A stretch of 64,000 nt of DNA from Lingula anatina. Taxonomy: Eukaryota; Animalia; Brachiopoda. Below are positions 21,590 through 34,265 of the stretch, piece by piece; within the stretch, counting starts at the first letter, position 1; the number at the start of each line of letters is the position of its first letter. Where the stretch lies: positions 9,858,001 to 9,922,000 of the forward strand of contig CM120642.1 in assembly GCA_051362555.1 (NCBI GenBank), in the 5' to 3' direction. The position numbers and the translations under genes are program-made. The notes under the pieces are model-generated. The model had not been told where the DNA came from and ran no database searches. It saw only the letters and a list, made by a program, of their open reading frames with translations.

Positions 21590-22549
21590 TTAGGCCACAC
21601 TTTTTTTATTTTTATGGATGACATCCTCTGAGTACCCCAAAATCGGTGCGAGAGGGCGAAAAAAAAAAAAAAAAAACAGTCCAAAAAAAAATACTGCATA
21701 AGTAAAGGAATACTGTCAGTACACAGCTGGAAACACGAATCAAACTAACAATATGTCTATATCCATTTTCTCAAAATATTAAAGCATTGCGAATACTTCG
21801 TAGAAATGTAAAAAAAAAGTCACAAATAAATATACTTCATATTACCAAATCTATTCAAGGTTATTTCATGCATTTTGTTGGTATAGCAATTAATAAAACA
21901 AATATCAAACAAACAGTGTGTCTTTATTTGTATTCTCAGAATATTAAAGCACTTTGAACACTTCACAGAAATGTTTAAAAAATGATGCAAAGATATGCTT
22001 AATACTACCAAATCTATTAAAGGTCATTTCGGACGATGCTATTTTGTCTACTTCGACTCACACGCAGCAGCCAAACTGTCAGGTGGCCTGTCCGACCTTC
22101 AGCACACCAAATACCTCGACGCCCTTGTGGACCCATTTTTCGCTACAGAAAACCTGGTATGTGCTGCTTTGTACAGAATGTCACAGAAAGTTTTCGGGCG
22201 ATAATCGCTGGCTGCCGCCAGCCTTTCGCATAATTGTAAAAAGGTGATATCTCCATGCCCAATATCAATGGCATACCAATCCAAAACGACGGCGCCCGTT
22301 CTCTTTATGACTTTTATTGTAGTGTAATTTGAAAGTAATCCTACAGATGAATTTGACGGCAAAGCGGCCACATTTGCACGTGGCGATAATATGCATGCGC
22401 AGAAAGCTCATTTCCTGGCAAATTCAATAACGACGTTTGCGACAACCGACTTCGGGGGCTGGGGGGGGGGGATTTTTTTTTTCGGAGAACGGGCAAAAAT
22501 CGGTGCGCGCGCAGGATGTCATCCATAAAAATAAAAAAGTGTGGCCTAA
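21590..22549 (-). mobile_element. ~960-bp non-autonomous TIR DNA transposon, superfamily uncertain, with a possible truncated ORF (22371-22099, minus strand)
   Basis: ~38-bp TIRs ttaggccacactttttttatttttatggatgacatcct and aggatgtcatccataaaaataaaaaagtgtggcctaa. The motif aaaatcggtgcg lies near both ends, and there is an internal degenerate ~165-bp duplication. Confidence 0.8.
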
Positions 22550-22621
22550 CCACAGTTATTTGATTTGGTATCTTATAACCGTTCTTATATATTACAGAGA
22601 GATTGCATCCAGGTTTTACAA

Positions 22622-24028
22622 ATGGGCTGTGGAAGTAGCAGCAGATTAATACAGGTAGCGCCCATCCAACAGACACCGGATCAAGGTGAAACGACTTATT
22701 ACAAGGCTGCTAATATACACCGAAACAGTTCACCGTTCGACCATTCACGTCAACAGAATCAGTATCAACAATATCAGCAACATCATCATCATAATCAAAA
22801 TGAATACCAGCATTATCAGCCGCAGCAAATGCACCAACATTTTCCACCGTCGTACCAAGAGGTTCAACAACAGCATCAACAACAGGCGCTATTAACCTAC
22901 CAGCCGTACCAACAACAAATACAGCAACAGCAGCAAAGTCATCGAAAGCAAGTCCAACAACAGCAGCAAGTGCAACATCAACAGCATGGGAATCAAGACC
23001 AACAACAGCGGCAAATGCGATATCCGCAACTGCCAACACAACAAGCAACAATGACAGACGAAAACGAAAGCTTCAACGCTGTCACATACTGTACCGCAAA
23101 GGACGTTCTGGAACGGAACACGGAGACAGGTGCCGTTGTTTGGGGTATTTACAAAAAGAAAATATATAATATCCCTGGAGTGATGCAGTATTTTCGCCCT
23201 CAGATGCGAGATGCTGTGAACAATATGATGCCCAGCAGCCGGAGGTACATCTACGCTGTCAATGCCCAGTATTACACTGGTCAGTTAGGTAATTTTATGA
23301 CGCATCTTTTACAGTATGGTATCCCAAAAGAATCCATTCAAGAAGTCATAGATAATTTTTGCGTTGGCTATTTAAAAATACCAACTGCTGCTGAGTTCGA
23401 AACGGAATACAAAAAGGAAATATATGCTATGATCAATAGGCTGAACGAAGACAGTGGAGCCTCGCAGACGGAGAAAGATTTGCTTCTTGTTTGTAAACGT
23501 ACGCTGCAACTTCTTGGTAATGGAGAGTCTATAGCCATCACAGGGATTGATCCGAATGGCAAAGCTTTTCCCCTGCCTGACGACTTCGGGTACTTCAGTC
23601 CAGAATGCTTACGAGAATGGTGTTGGAATGATTCGTACGAACCCTTTGAAACCTCGGAGGAGCCATGGTATGCTTATGAGAAAGCTGACGATCCTCTTCC
23701 CGAGCTTTTAGGCTCAACGGAAGTGTATTGTGCCTGGTTAAATGACTGGGAACCTTTTGATTTTGAAATAGAAGGAGAAGCAGCATGGGAGATTCTTCCC
23801 ACGAACGTTATTCAAAATGATGAACTCACACCGGAGCAAATTGAAATTATCAAATTTCGTGAGCAGCGATCAGATTTGACGGATCCAGTTCGTATGGCTA
23901 ACCGCCGAAAGAGGCTCGCAAAGTATTTTATGGAGAAATATAATTGGGATGAATCCCACTTAAAGCCGTATGAAGGGTGGGCAGAACGACTCCAAGACAA
24001 CGAAAATATGTTAGCTGAATTATCTTAG
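22622..24028 (+). CDS. Uninterrupted 468-aa orphan ORF: MGCGSS N-terminus (myristoylation/palmitoylation-type), Gln/His-rich region, then a ~320-aa globular domain of unknown family
   Basis: A long open frame in AT-rich DNA. The ATG at 22622 has good context (CAAATGG). The C-terminal part has natural globular composition and is rich in W, Y and C. Confidence 0.85.
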   Translation: MGCGSSSRLIQVAPIQQTPDQGETTYYKAANIHRNSSPFDHSRQQNQYQQYQQHHHHNQNEYQHYQPQQMHQHFPPSYQEVQQQHQQQALLTYQPYQQQIQQQQQSHRKQVQQQQQVQHQQHGNQDQQQRQMRYPQLPTQQATMTDENESFNAVTYCTAKDVLERNTETGAVVWGIYKKKIYNIPGVMQYFRPQMRDAVNNMMPSSRRYIYAVNAQYYTGQLGNFMTHLLQYGIPKESIQEVIDNFCVGYLKIPTAAEFETEYKKEIYAMINRLNEDSGASQTEKDLLLVCKRTLQLLGNGESIAITGIDPNGKAFPLPDDFGYFSPECLREWCWNDSYEPFETSEEPWYAYEKADDPLPELLGSTEVYCAWLNDWEPFDFEIEGEAAWEILPTNVIQNDELTPEQIEIIKFREQRSDLTDPVRMANRRKRLAKYFMEKYNWDESHLKPYEGWAERLQDNENMLAELS

Positions 24029-25863
24029 CTGTTAAGATGATAACCAAATTTAATTTTTAAATATAGATATATATTCATTTTAATGACTTTCTTTCCTTCT
24101 TTTTTATCGATATTTTATACTTGTCTGGTGGCCATTTTTCTTGTATACTTTTAAACGCAATAGACGGAAAAGTTGCCTGTAAAACCCTCAAAGCGAATAT
24201 TCCGCTCTAGAGGGGCTTCGCCGAAGCATTCCCAACAGGTAAATCTCTTATTACAAACGGCCCGCTTCGGAGGAAGCTCCATTAGACCCCCTCCCCTGAA
24301 GGACCCCACGGCCGTAAAACAGGAAGAACCTTCACCATTGTTACTTATTCACCATTTTTTAAGTTCAAAGCGAATCCAACTTGGGCACACGGGTCATTCA
24401 TTGTACCGAGTACCCATTATGAATTTTCACATATACTGTATATAAGTAAATGTACTGTATATAAGTAAATGCATAAATAAATGACCTGTAAGATGATCAT
24501 TGGCAACACGGTTGCCAAAGCAACGGGAGAGTGCTACATTCTCTATAAGGAAGATGCAAATCTTGACCCACAAATTCTTTGCTTACTGTCAGTCACATCT
24601 AACACAATCTCTCGCTTGGTAATAAATAAACATTGATTCGGTTAACCTCGCTTGATCCTGTACCTCCACTAGCACTTTGATTTTGAGACTGGGAGTACTG
24701 GCAATGATTTACGTGTACCTCTGGCGAGTATACGCTTTATACGCTTTATTATCGTGTATACTGATAATAAAAAGTATATACCAATAGTTCTTGCAACACA
24801 GGTTCCTTTGGATGATACTTGAAGGTTCACGTACCTCCATAGTTTCATGATCCACATTTGTATATAGTAGAGATGAAGTAAAAATAATTACAGTATTAAA
24901 TGTACGATGTTTAATAACATTTTGATACATAAAAAGATAAAGAATAAAACCTTATCTGATCAGACCATTTCAATGAAGTTTCATTGCAGAAAGCTTCAGA
25001 AATTTTGCAACTGCTAAGTATAATTTTTATTGTGAACTATTTTATCGAAATGAGTTTTTTCACAGGCTTGATCGAAATATTGAAAAGTTGTCTTTACCAG
25101 ATCTTGTTTTTCAAATTTTTTATAAAATTGTTTCATTGTCAAGATGACCGTAGAAAATCATTATTTTGCTTATTATTATGCAGAACGCTTTGCATTTAAG
25201 AAAGTGAACTCTGGAAATAAACCTTCTCTAGACATCCTACCCAAGACACTCCGCATTCGTATATATATACTGCCATCAGGAAGTAGATCAATAGTGTTGA
25301 TCCTTGCTTGAAGTTGTGCAGAATCTGTCACTGTACGCTTCAACAGATCGAGTGAACTGCTGGAAAGTTCTCATAGAGGTAAAATGAAATTTTTTGAACT
25401 GAAGATTTCAGTTGAAGATTTGAGATAACTTGTAGCTTAATTGTATCATGCGCGTGAACAGAATGAATCAAGCAAAATGAGGCCAGGCAGTGATGCCCCA
25501 TGGTATAAGTGGCAACATGTGCCTCAATGGAGATTACCCCTCTAGGGCACAATTGAGCATGTGCAGAATGCACATGTGCGTAATTAAGCTCTGGAGATTG
25601 TTGTCGCCATAAAATGTCGTTTGACTACGCCAAACTTTCCTTTGTCACAAATATAACCTTGACAATGCGAATAAATGCGGCATAAAACTTTGCGAATTTC
25701 GTCATTAGAAATGCAAATCTAAAAAATACATTTTCTGGAAACGAACATTTCATAGTGTGACGATGCTTCAGTCCTGGTACAGTGTGATATATGACCAATT
25801 GTGAACTGCGGAGAGCAACTGAGTCCCTGTTGTGCATTCTGTCTTTAACAGAAAAAAAGTTAA

Positions 25864-26197
25864 AGGGATAATAACTCTTCGTTTTGGCCAAAAAATGAAT
25901 TTTCCTGGAGTAAACAACAATTTTCCCATACTGACCAATGGTAAATGAATCCATTTTTACATTCATTAGTCCCTGGATTTTTTCTAAAAAGTTTTGTTTT
26001 TTGTTAAAATCTCTTAAGAGATTATAACAGAGTATAGCCATCAGTGGAGGTCACATGATCTGAAGACAAGCTCAGATATCAGAATAATAGCTATAACTGC
26101 TGTTTTTGTGGTAAAACAGAATATATTATATTTCTATGAGTTATTCACTATGTTTTTATCGTGAAATATAGATTTTATACGAAGAGTTATTATCCCT
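25864..26197. mobile_element. Kolobok-like MITE (334 bp)
   Basis: TTAA|AGGGATAATAACTCTTCGT ... ACGAAGAGTTATTATCCCT|TTAA: perfect 19-bp TIRs, TTAA TSD and AG..CT termini. Confidence 0.85.
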
Positions 26198-26642
26198 TTA
26201 ATCATCTATCAATGGATATTCATCAAAATATGTTATCAACATTGCTTTGATTAGAAATCGACCAAATTTTTTCACCTGATTTTGTTCAATTTTTAAGATT
26301 TGGTTTTCAAATATTTTGGCCACTGTTCGGATCGTGGGGATTTCCCATAAACGCCGACAAGACCATTGTACATTTGAACAGTTGCGAAGAATACCGACAA
26401 CTCAGATTTTACAAACGCTATATGCTAAATATTGTGATCAAGAAAAAAATTGATGGGCCCAGTGTTTGAATGAACTTATATATGTTACTGCTAAAATTAA
26501 TGTGTGTGCGTGTGTGAGGATCGAATATCTCGCACTGTGTGATTTTCGACTCGAGCATCTGTTAAGTGTGATAACAAGCAACAAAATTTCGAAAAATTTT
26601 TTTTATTAAAATACATATTATACGTGTGTTTAGCTTCTTTTT

Positions 26643-26673
<31 letters not shown>

Positions 26674-28387
26674 TTTATATAAGGCCTGTACTCCCAGTCA
26701 CACAATGAGAGTATTGTTCTGTTCATGAACTTAACATCAAAAGCAGACTCTTTCCCATTACCTTGTACTAGTATATGTGAGAGCACTTACATTAACATGC
26801 CCATCAGTTACATTTCTTTCTGTACATTCTGGGTGATTAACAGTTACAAAGGCAGGTAGGCGGCATTTTCTTTCCACCTGCACTTTTAGTAACAAAACCC
26901 TGCAAACCAGCGTGCCCAAGGCATGGTAATATACATGTAGCTGAGCGGATGCCGTCGCCGTCAAGCACTCTGATTTCAGGGTGATTCCCGGTCACCATCA
27001 GGGCATATTGCGGTAGATGGCGGGGAGGATTCGCTGATGTGCACAGAATATTAATTCTTATCAAACAAATAGCGCCGTGGTTTGGGTTGGCAGTTCAGAG
27101 TTCTTCCCATTACAAACTCAAGTGCGTGTCCCCGTATCATCACTGATGGAAATCTTTCCTTTGTCGTTGAAAATGATGTGCAGTGACGTCATATTGTGTG
27201 AAAACTCTTGCCCCCTAAAAAGGAACATGTAGTTAAGAAGTTTCAGAGCACGATTTAGAAATTGCCGAAATTCGAACAGAGCATATGCACAACGGGAGTG
27301 ACGGGTATATTACTTGTTGTTATGGCAACGTATAAATACAAAGGCACCAGCAACGCTCTAGTGACTTGAGTTACTCGTACACCTGTATATGCTAACACCA
27401 CCTGGTTAAGCAGAAAAAAATAGAGACTATTGCGACGCGACATGCTAAAGGTGATGGTGCGCATGGACTTAGACAATTCCTCCTTTCTTCCTTACGAATT
27501 GTGTTGAATCGCCGCCAGTAGTCTCAAGTTTGCTGTAACCTTACCAAGGGTAGTAGCAACCAACACAGGATACAACCACACCCTTTTTTGTTTACACTGA
27601 ACTCTACATGTTAGTGTAAATTCGTCTCGGTAAGTGTATTTATTTAGTCATTGTCACTTGATTTACGTTGACATTTGAATGGCTACAAAAGTCATTTTAA
27701 ACTCGACACGATATGTTTTATTATCGCGTTGAAAAGAATAGGGCTAAGTTTAAGCCTTTATCTATTTAAATGTCGCGGATATGTCTCAATTACTTAATGC
27801 CTACTTGTATTTAATTTGTAGATTTAATTAGGTGCAATAAATTAGTGAGATTCAAGCAAGTCAATGCATTGTATTTTAAGCCTTAACTTACAACCGCTAC
27901 TCAGAGTAGTTATACATGTAAGTTTTCTGATCCAAAAATAGACATATTTAAGCCAGTACATTTCAAGTTTAATCAATTTAAACATTGAGCGTGCTGTATA
28001 TATTTGGGGTTGGATACGCCTATAGATCTCATTTTTGGATAGGATGTCAGTGCGAAGACCTGGTATACTGTTGAGACAGCAGCTGTAAGTGTTCTGTGTT
28101 ACGTCTTTTTTTCTCCTTTTTGTGGACAGCAGATAATCAAAAAAATACCATTTATATAACTGATATTAGAGTATCTGTGTGAAGAAAGATTGTGGACTGT
28201 ATTAGTAGCTTTCTAAAAGTATTTGTAGATCCGTTGTTTATAACCTTATCAACAATAAGGTAGGCCATAGGCCATAATCGCAACGGAAACAAGGGGAATG
28301 ACAGAAAAGGACGCATAGAATATACAAACATAATTTCAACAAGCCTTTGCTGAAGTGCAGTGTAAATGGATTACTTTGGTTAAAATG

Positions 28388-28504
28388 GCTAAGTGCAATC
28401 AGATTAACACGCCTCCTCCTGGCGTTCAGAAGAGTACAGAAAACTGGTGATTATACGAGTACGTTGGAAACAAGAGGAGGTGTGTTAATCTGATTGCATT
28501 CAGC
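28388..28504. repeat. Short foldback element or MITE with ~25-30-bp inverted arms
   Basis: tgcaatcagattaacacgcctcctc (28394-28418) pairs with gaggaggtgtgttaatctgattgca (28474-28498) with 1 mismatch. Confidence 0.75.
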
Positions 28505-31500
28505 GAGAGTTCCTGCAGAGTTGGATCGATCTACTTAGAGCGATAGTTTCGTTGGGAATGAGCCCTTTATTTGCAAATGAGTGAAAATATAGCAAAGGAA
28601 TGTTTTTCTATTTTACGTAATGACCTAATAGCCTACCATCGTTATTGTGATCGTATCGCCAAGGAAAAAAACCTAAGAATTTTATTCTTTAAAACCGAAA
28701 CAATACCCACATCTAGTATTTTAAGTTTATTAAGTGCAAGTATATAATTCATATCTTAAGTCTATAAAAATTTTCGGTACCATTGGGTTCTCTCCTCCCT
28801 TTTTTAATCGCGTTCCGATCAGTTAACTTAGTATGAACCTTAAGTGTCAGTTGCTAGATTGCAACTCCCAAATTATTCCCCTTTAATCCATCCAACCGCC
28901 CCTTGGTTTGAGGGATCAATTCAGGGATTGCAGCGTCAATACATAGAAGGGGCTAGCACTGAAACCCCCCTTCTGAAGTAAGATCAAAAATGTTTTCTTT
29001 TTTGTATAAATCCATCAGAAGGCGGGTTAACATATCCAGGTTGCGTTTTAATCACTTGTCGCACACGTCTTTTACCTCAACTCGGGTCACCAAATTGCGA
29101 ACAGTAGCGCTTATGACAGGCGCAATACGCCCGGATTACATGATAGTTTGCAATAACATACTTCTGACGAGATACCTGGATGTCATTCTCTGCCGAAGAC
29201 AGTGTCGTCAGATAGCCATTATGGGTTGGAACGGGAGAGTGCTCAGACCGACATATGTCAGACATGTCAAACAGCTAGTCAGTATACTTTTCTTACGTGT
29301 CTGGGCTGTCTGATCACCTTGGGTGTTGAAAGAAAAACCATAAATTAAACCCGTGATTTTGTGCATGGTGGGAATTGGATTGAAAACCATCTGTTTAATT
29401 TCGTCAGTATTTTTCGAAAATGAATACTGCTCTTACTTGATTTGTGCGAATCATTTGATAATCTTCAAATTTACCAGTACTGGTAAAAGCGTTCTGAAAC
29501 GTCAAGAGAGTCTTGATTTTGAATCTAAATTTTCGTTCCAGTGCAAGGAATCACTTATAACATTCAGACAAACAGACACTTTTTACCGTTTTATAGTTTG
29601 ATATGGTCATGAATATGTTGGGTCTTTAAGGCCACTTACAGTAGTGTTATTCCAAATTGACTTCAACACAACACGGCGCAATATGCAAATTCAAAATCGT
29701 TTTATCTTTCGTCTAAAAAGGGGGTTTCTCGGTGCATGGTGAATAAGAGCATATTATATTAAACATTTCAAAACAATGGGTAATTGTTGTCTGTATTGAC
29801 GTTTAATATGTCAATACGCCCATTTAATACCTACGCAGATTCTGAAGATTTTCTGAAGGTATAACAGTGGTACTGGTAGCGTATCTGTGTGAGTGTGGGT
29901 CAATGCCGTAAATGACTGAGTGATTCTGATTTTTAAATTAGATTTTATATTCTCAAAACGTCCTTTTAAGCCTATGTGATGATAAAAATTATGACTGATT
30001 AACCCGCTGATTGTGTAGAAACTTTAAGTTGTGGTAGTTTAAGATTTCATTCAGATTCTAAACAAATAACTACTTTTAAAATGCAGATGATGTGCATCCG
30101 GTTGCACATAAAAAATAACAACATTCTTAAACGATTTAGATTTATGACATCCCAAGACTTACATGCTATTAATTTTATAACCAAAACATGGTAGTACCAA
30201 AGAATATCTACGCATAATAAAGCCAGCGTTCGGTGTGATTCTATTTATACTTGATTGTTTGAATATTTATTAACATACGGTATAGCTATGTAAATTCTCT
30301 ATAAGCAACAGGATAAGTACTGTATTCTTAATCTTATGAATCTGGGAATATAGTAAGCAAAATATACAAAAGACATGTGAACATCCACTTTGCATATTTA
30401 GTCGTATTTATGCGAAGGCAATCCATTCCACAGGCATCTGTCTTTTCTCGCTTCAAAGAAACAGTTACTGATGTACTCCAACGTGAAAATAATTGTAAGG
30501 AGCCGGAAGGTTTGAAGTAGACCTACTTAGTAAACCGTTAAAACATTTTAATTTAATGGTCAACGCTAGCGTTTTGCCCGACTATATGGTTGGTGCACGG
30601 CATCTTTTATGTCCTTCAGACGCAAGGCAATGTGTCTGGAAGAAGTAAACTGACCTGCAAGGTCCGCCCCGTGGTCAGGTAGTAGATATTGCGTAGATAT
30701 TTACCATCTCTCAGGTGAGTAATCAAGACAGCGCTTTGCTTTGTACACCTGTGGTGAAGATATACACTTTTCCATCGCTCGTTTGTCAAACTGCTGTTGT
30801 TGATGTTTACATGTTTAGGATTAATAGCTTTGAAGTGGGAATAATTTGTTTGTGGTTTTTGCTAGTGTGACTTTAGATGTAGAATTCATCGTAACCACGA
30901 AAGCCAAATTTATTTTTTGTTTTACCACATAGGCCATCCCATGGTGCATGACGTCACAGCTTCTGAGTCGATTGCATAATAATCAGATCTGAAGAAAATG
31001 TTTTAATTCTTTTCTATTTGACAGCGATTTTAGTATTTTTTAAAATATAATTTGATTATGCATTTAGTATTTTTGTAAATATATATTTGTGGCCCAAGTG
31101 TTCTTTCTCATAAGTAAAAACATGAATTATCTGATCTTACAAATAGGCCCTATCTGGGCACACTACGGTACTGTCGTATACATTCCACAGTGTCAGTACT
31201 TACCAACATTTTAAAAACGACCTTGGATGAAAAAAGTGCCCAGACATGGAAAAATGAGGGTACTATAGTGGTAAGTTCTGTCGCAATGATTAAAGAAACC
31301 ACATCCTGGCCAAGTGCGGTTTGGTACCTGAGCACTTATGACAAGTCTTAAAGGTGGGTACGTTACGCGGATCACATCTTTTAAGGAAATATTGTCTCTG
31401 CAAATCTCTTTGAGACTGATACATTTGAACTACCTGACCAATACTGCAATATACTTAAGTGTTCAGTGCTATTATATCCAAAGCCCACCGAAATGGAGTA

Positions 31501-34215
31501 CAATCTCTTTGGGAGAATTGCATACCGTAGTACTTGTGTGCCAATTGTAATGCAATCATCAAACGAGGATTGTGTAATATTGAAACATCGTGCTCATGCA
31601 GTACAAACCGAAAGATATTCTACAAACGGAAACTACGAAAAAGTACAAAAACTATTCTAACTCTAAAGAAGCTAAAATAACTTCGAATTATATGGGTAGG
31701 ACGATAGGCAGTTTCCTAAAATCTACGCATGGAAATGCACGAACACAGAGAAACGCCTGCAATTCATTCCAACTCCTGTCTTCCGAAGAATCAGAACTAC
31801 ATGTAAGAGCTACCGTTAAGGCATTTGACTTGCGCAGTGGAAGTGCATTAAAGATTGATATTTTGTACTAAATTTTGTTATCTATTCAGTGAAAAATTGC
31901 GTTATAAATACCATCGTGTTTATTATACACGTATTTAAAGCGATGTGGTTACCTTGAAGCTGATCTTTGTTTAAATAATCATTATTTTGAATTATTACCC
32001 CTTTTGATCTTTTGACAAAACACAAACACGTGTAGTGTCTGACACAAGGATTTATTTCGCGTGAATTCAAATATTCTGCCTCACTTTAAATCTTTATGTG
32101 TACGGTTTTGACGAATAAAAACATTTTGGGTAAGGGTGCAGCATCACCTTTAACACTGCACTGCTGGGCGCATTATTCAGTGCTATAACTTTAACGGACA
32201 TAGACAAATGGTCTCTCTTCTTGGTATGTGTAAGCTGCCTTTGAAAGAGAATTTTAGTGTGGACGTGACCTGAGGATAAGATAAAAGCAAAATTCCTATT
32301 TAGGGAATGAGTGTTTGTATACAAATGACCTCGACGGGGTGAAACTGAAGAACCATTTTAGGCAATTGTTCCATGACTTGACATCTATTAATTCTTTTTC
32401 ATTGTTGTGTGTATATTTCTATAAGCTGGCATGCATTTTGTAGTAAACTATGTGAGGACGTAGGATAAGCTGTGACCTCATTTTATGCATATATACTGAG
32501 GAAGACGCTCTGATAGACATCGAAATATTGGAGGTAAATAGCAATTTTATATTTCTTCACTCATATATCGTATCCGATATGTGCGGCATTCATTGCTGAC
32601 TATGGAGGGGATTCATTCAAACAGTTCAAAAATAAAAATGAGCATAACTTGACTGAAGCTTAACTTTTTATCAGAGCATGTGCAGGCAATTTTATGTGAG
32701 CACAAATATATTTTCTGAAACAAACACCCTGATAAGACTTCACTCTTAAAAAAACTTTTGAAAGACAATGTGTACGGATAACCAACGTAACGTAACTAAT
32801 CTATAGGGCCTCGGGTATTTCTGGGTAGACATATCTCATTACCTAAAGTGCAGAAATTTAAAAGAGTTTGTTAATATATTCATTTGGAATGAAGCAACTT
32901 TGTTCACGTGTTTTTTTAATTATTCTTTAAATTACAACAAAAAGGGGTCTAATGTACTTTCGTATTACTCGCCCATGGTTGAAAGGGTGTTCCCCAACAG
33001 CATGGTGACAGATAAGAAAGAATTTCGTCGTTCCCGAAGAGCTGAAAAAAAAAAACATGCTGTTGAATGGATTAAAAAGGCAAAATTGGCCATCAAACTG
33101 TTGAAGACGTCATCAAAATCCATTCTCATGGAGTGTAGGCGCCAAGGATTTGTTCTCGGTGCTTTTGTTTCAAAATATTAAAAACAATACAGCTATTTTC
33201 CGTATTGTGAGTTGTCAGGTTTAAAATAGGCAGTAGAAGGCATGACATGTAGATGAGCAATACCAGTTAAGGTATGGCGCACTTTCCTTCTTAATTTTCT
33301 CGTTATGAGTCATTTTAGGTTGTGCAATAGTTGGTGAATCCCTGAATTCTCAATAAGCGCGTATTCCAGCGAGATTTCCAGTAAGATAAATGAAGTTCGT
33401 CATTATTATGCCACCAAAATTTCGAAAATAACATATTTGTGGTTAAAGATCAAGACGTTCCTCATTAATGCTATGGATTTATAAGAAACACATCGGTATA
33501 GGATTGGTGCAGTGCGCTGCCGACTTTAAATGACTTTTTACATGATGGATGCAATATATATTTCACTTTAACGAGCTCGTTTACCATTCGCTACTGTTTC
33601 TTCTTAAGACACAGGTGCATTGTCACCATGCGTGTTAGGTGCAGTAAAAATCTTAAATAACGGAACGGCTACGTGTTGGACGTGCACAAAACGTGTAATT
33701 GGACATTTCCTGCTTTGTGTGACCTAAAGAAAAGTTCTTAAGGTGAGATAAAGTATAAAATCAATGTGCATATATATCTGGAAGGCACTTAAATTCTTAG
33801 GTTAAAACTGTAACCGTATAGTAGTGTTAATATGCTCGATTTGTATTTGATCTTGTTATTGGAATTGTTCAGCTTTCACTCCAGGGCAGCCATGGGTGAC
33901 TCGTGAACGCCCATTTACTTGAATTAAAGAACAATCATAGTATTATCAGTTAGTTTGAGAGATGTTGAGAGATTCTTTAAATCACTATACTGATTCGAGG
34001 TTCAGGTTCTATTACTCTGGCAGAATCTAAAATGAACTCTTATCGGAAGTTTTTTAATTAGCTATCGCTTTGGACATTAATTACTAGACTTATGGTTATG
34101 TACTCCCCGTAGGCCTTTTACATGCGCTGTGATGCGCTCACTTGTGTTAAGTCAAAATGGATTATATAATTTGAGTTAAGTTTTCTTTGCTTTGGCAAAC
34201 CTAAGAGCAACATCT

Positions 34216-34264
<49 letters not shown>
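34216..34264. repeat. Poly-T tract (~48 nt)
   Basis: An uninterrupted T run. Confidence 0.9.

Positions 34265-34265
<1 letters not shown>

Noticed and set aside
22565-22621. N-terminal extension of the 487-aa ORF from a TTG start
   Set aside because: A non-ATG start is unlikely here, and the MGCGSS lipidation motif requires initiation at 22622.
26762-27635. Possible minus-strand exon (~27214-26762) and plus-strand donor (cg|gtaagt, ~27630) as a divergent promoter or first exon of the giant gene
   Set aside because: Only splice-like motifs are present, with no consistent reading frame. It cannot be supported without transcript data.
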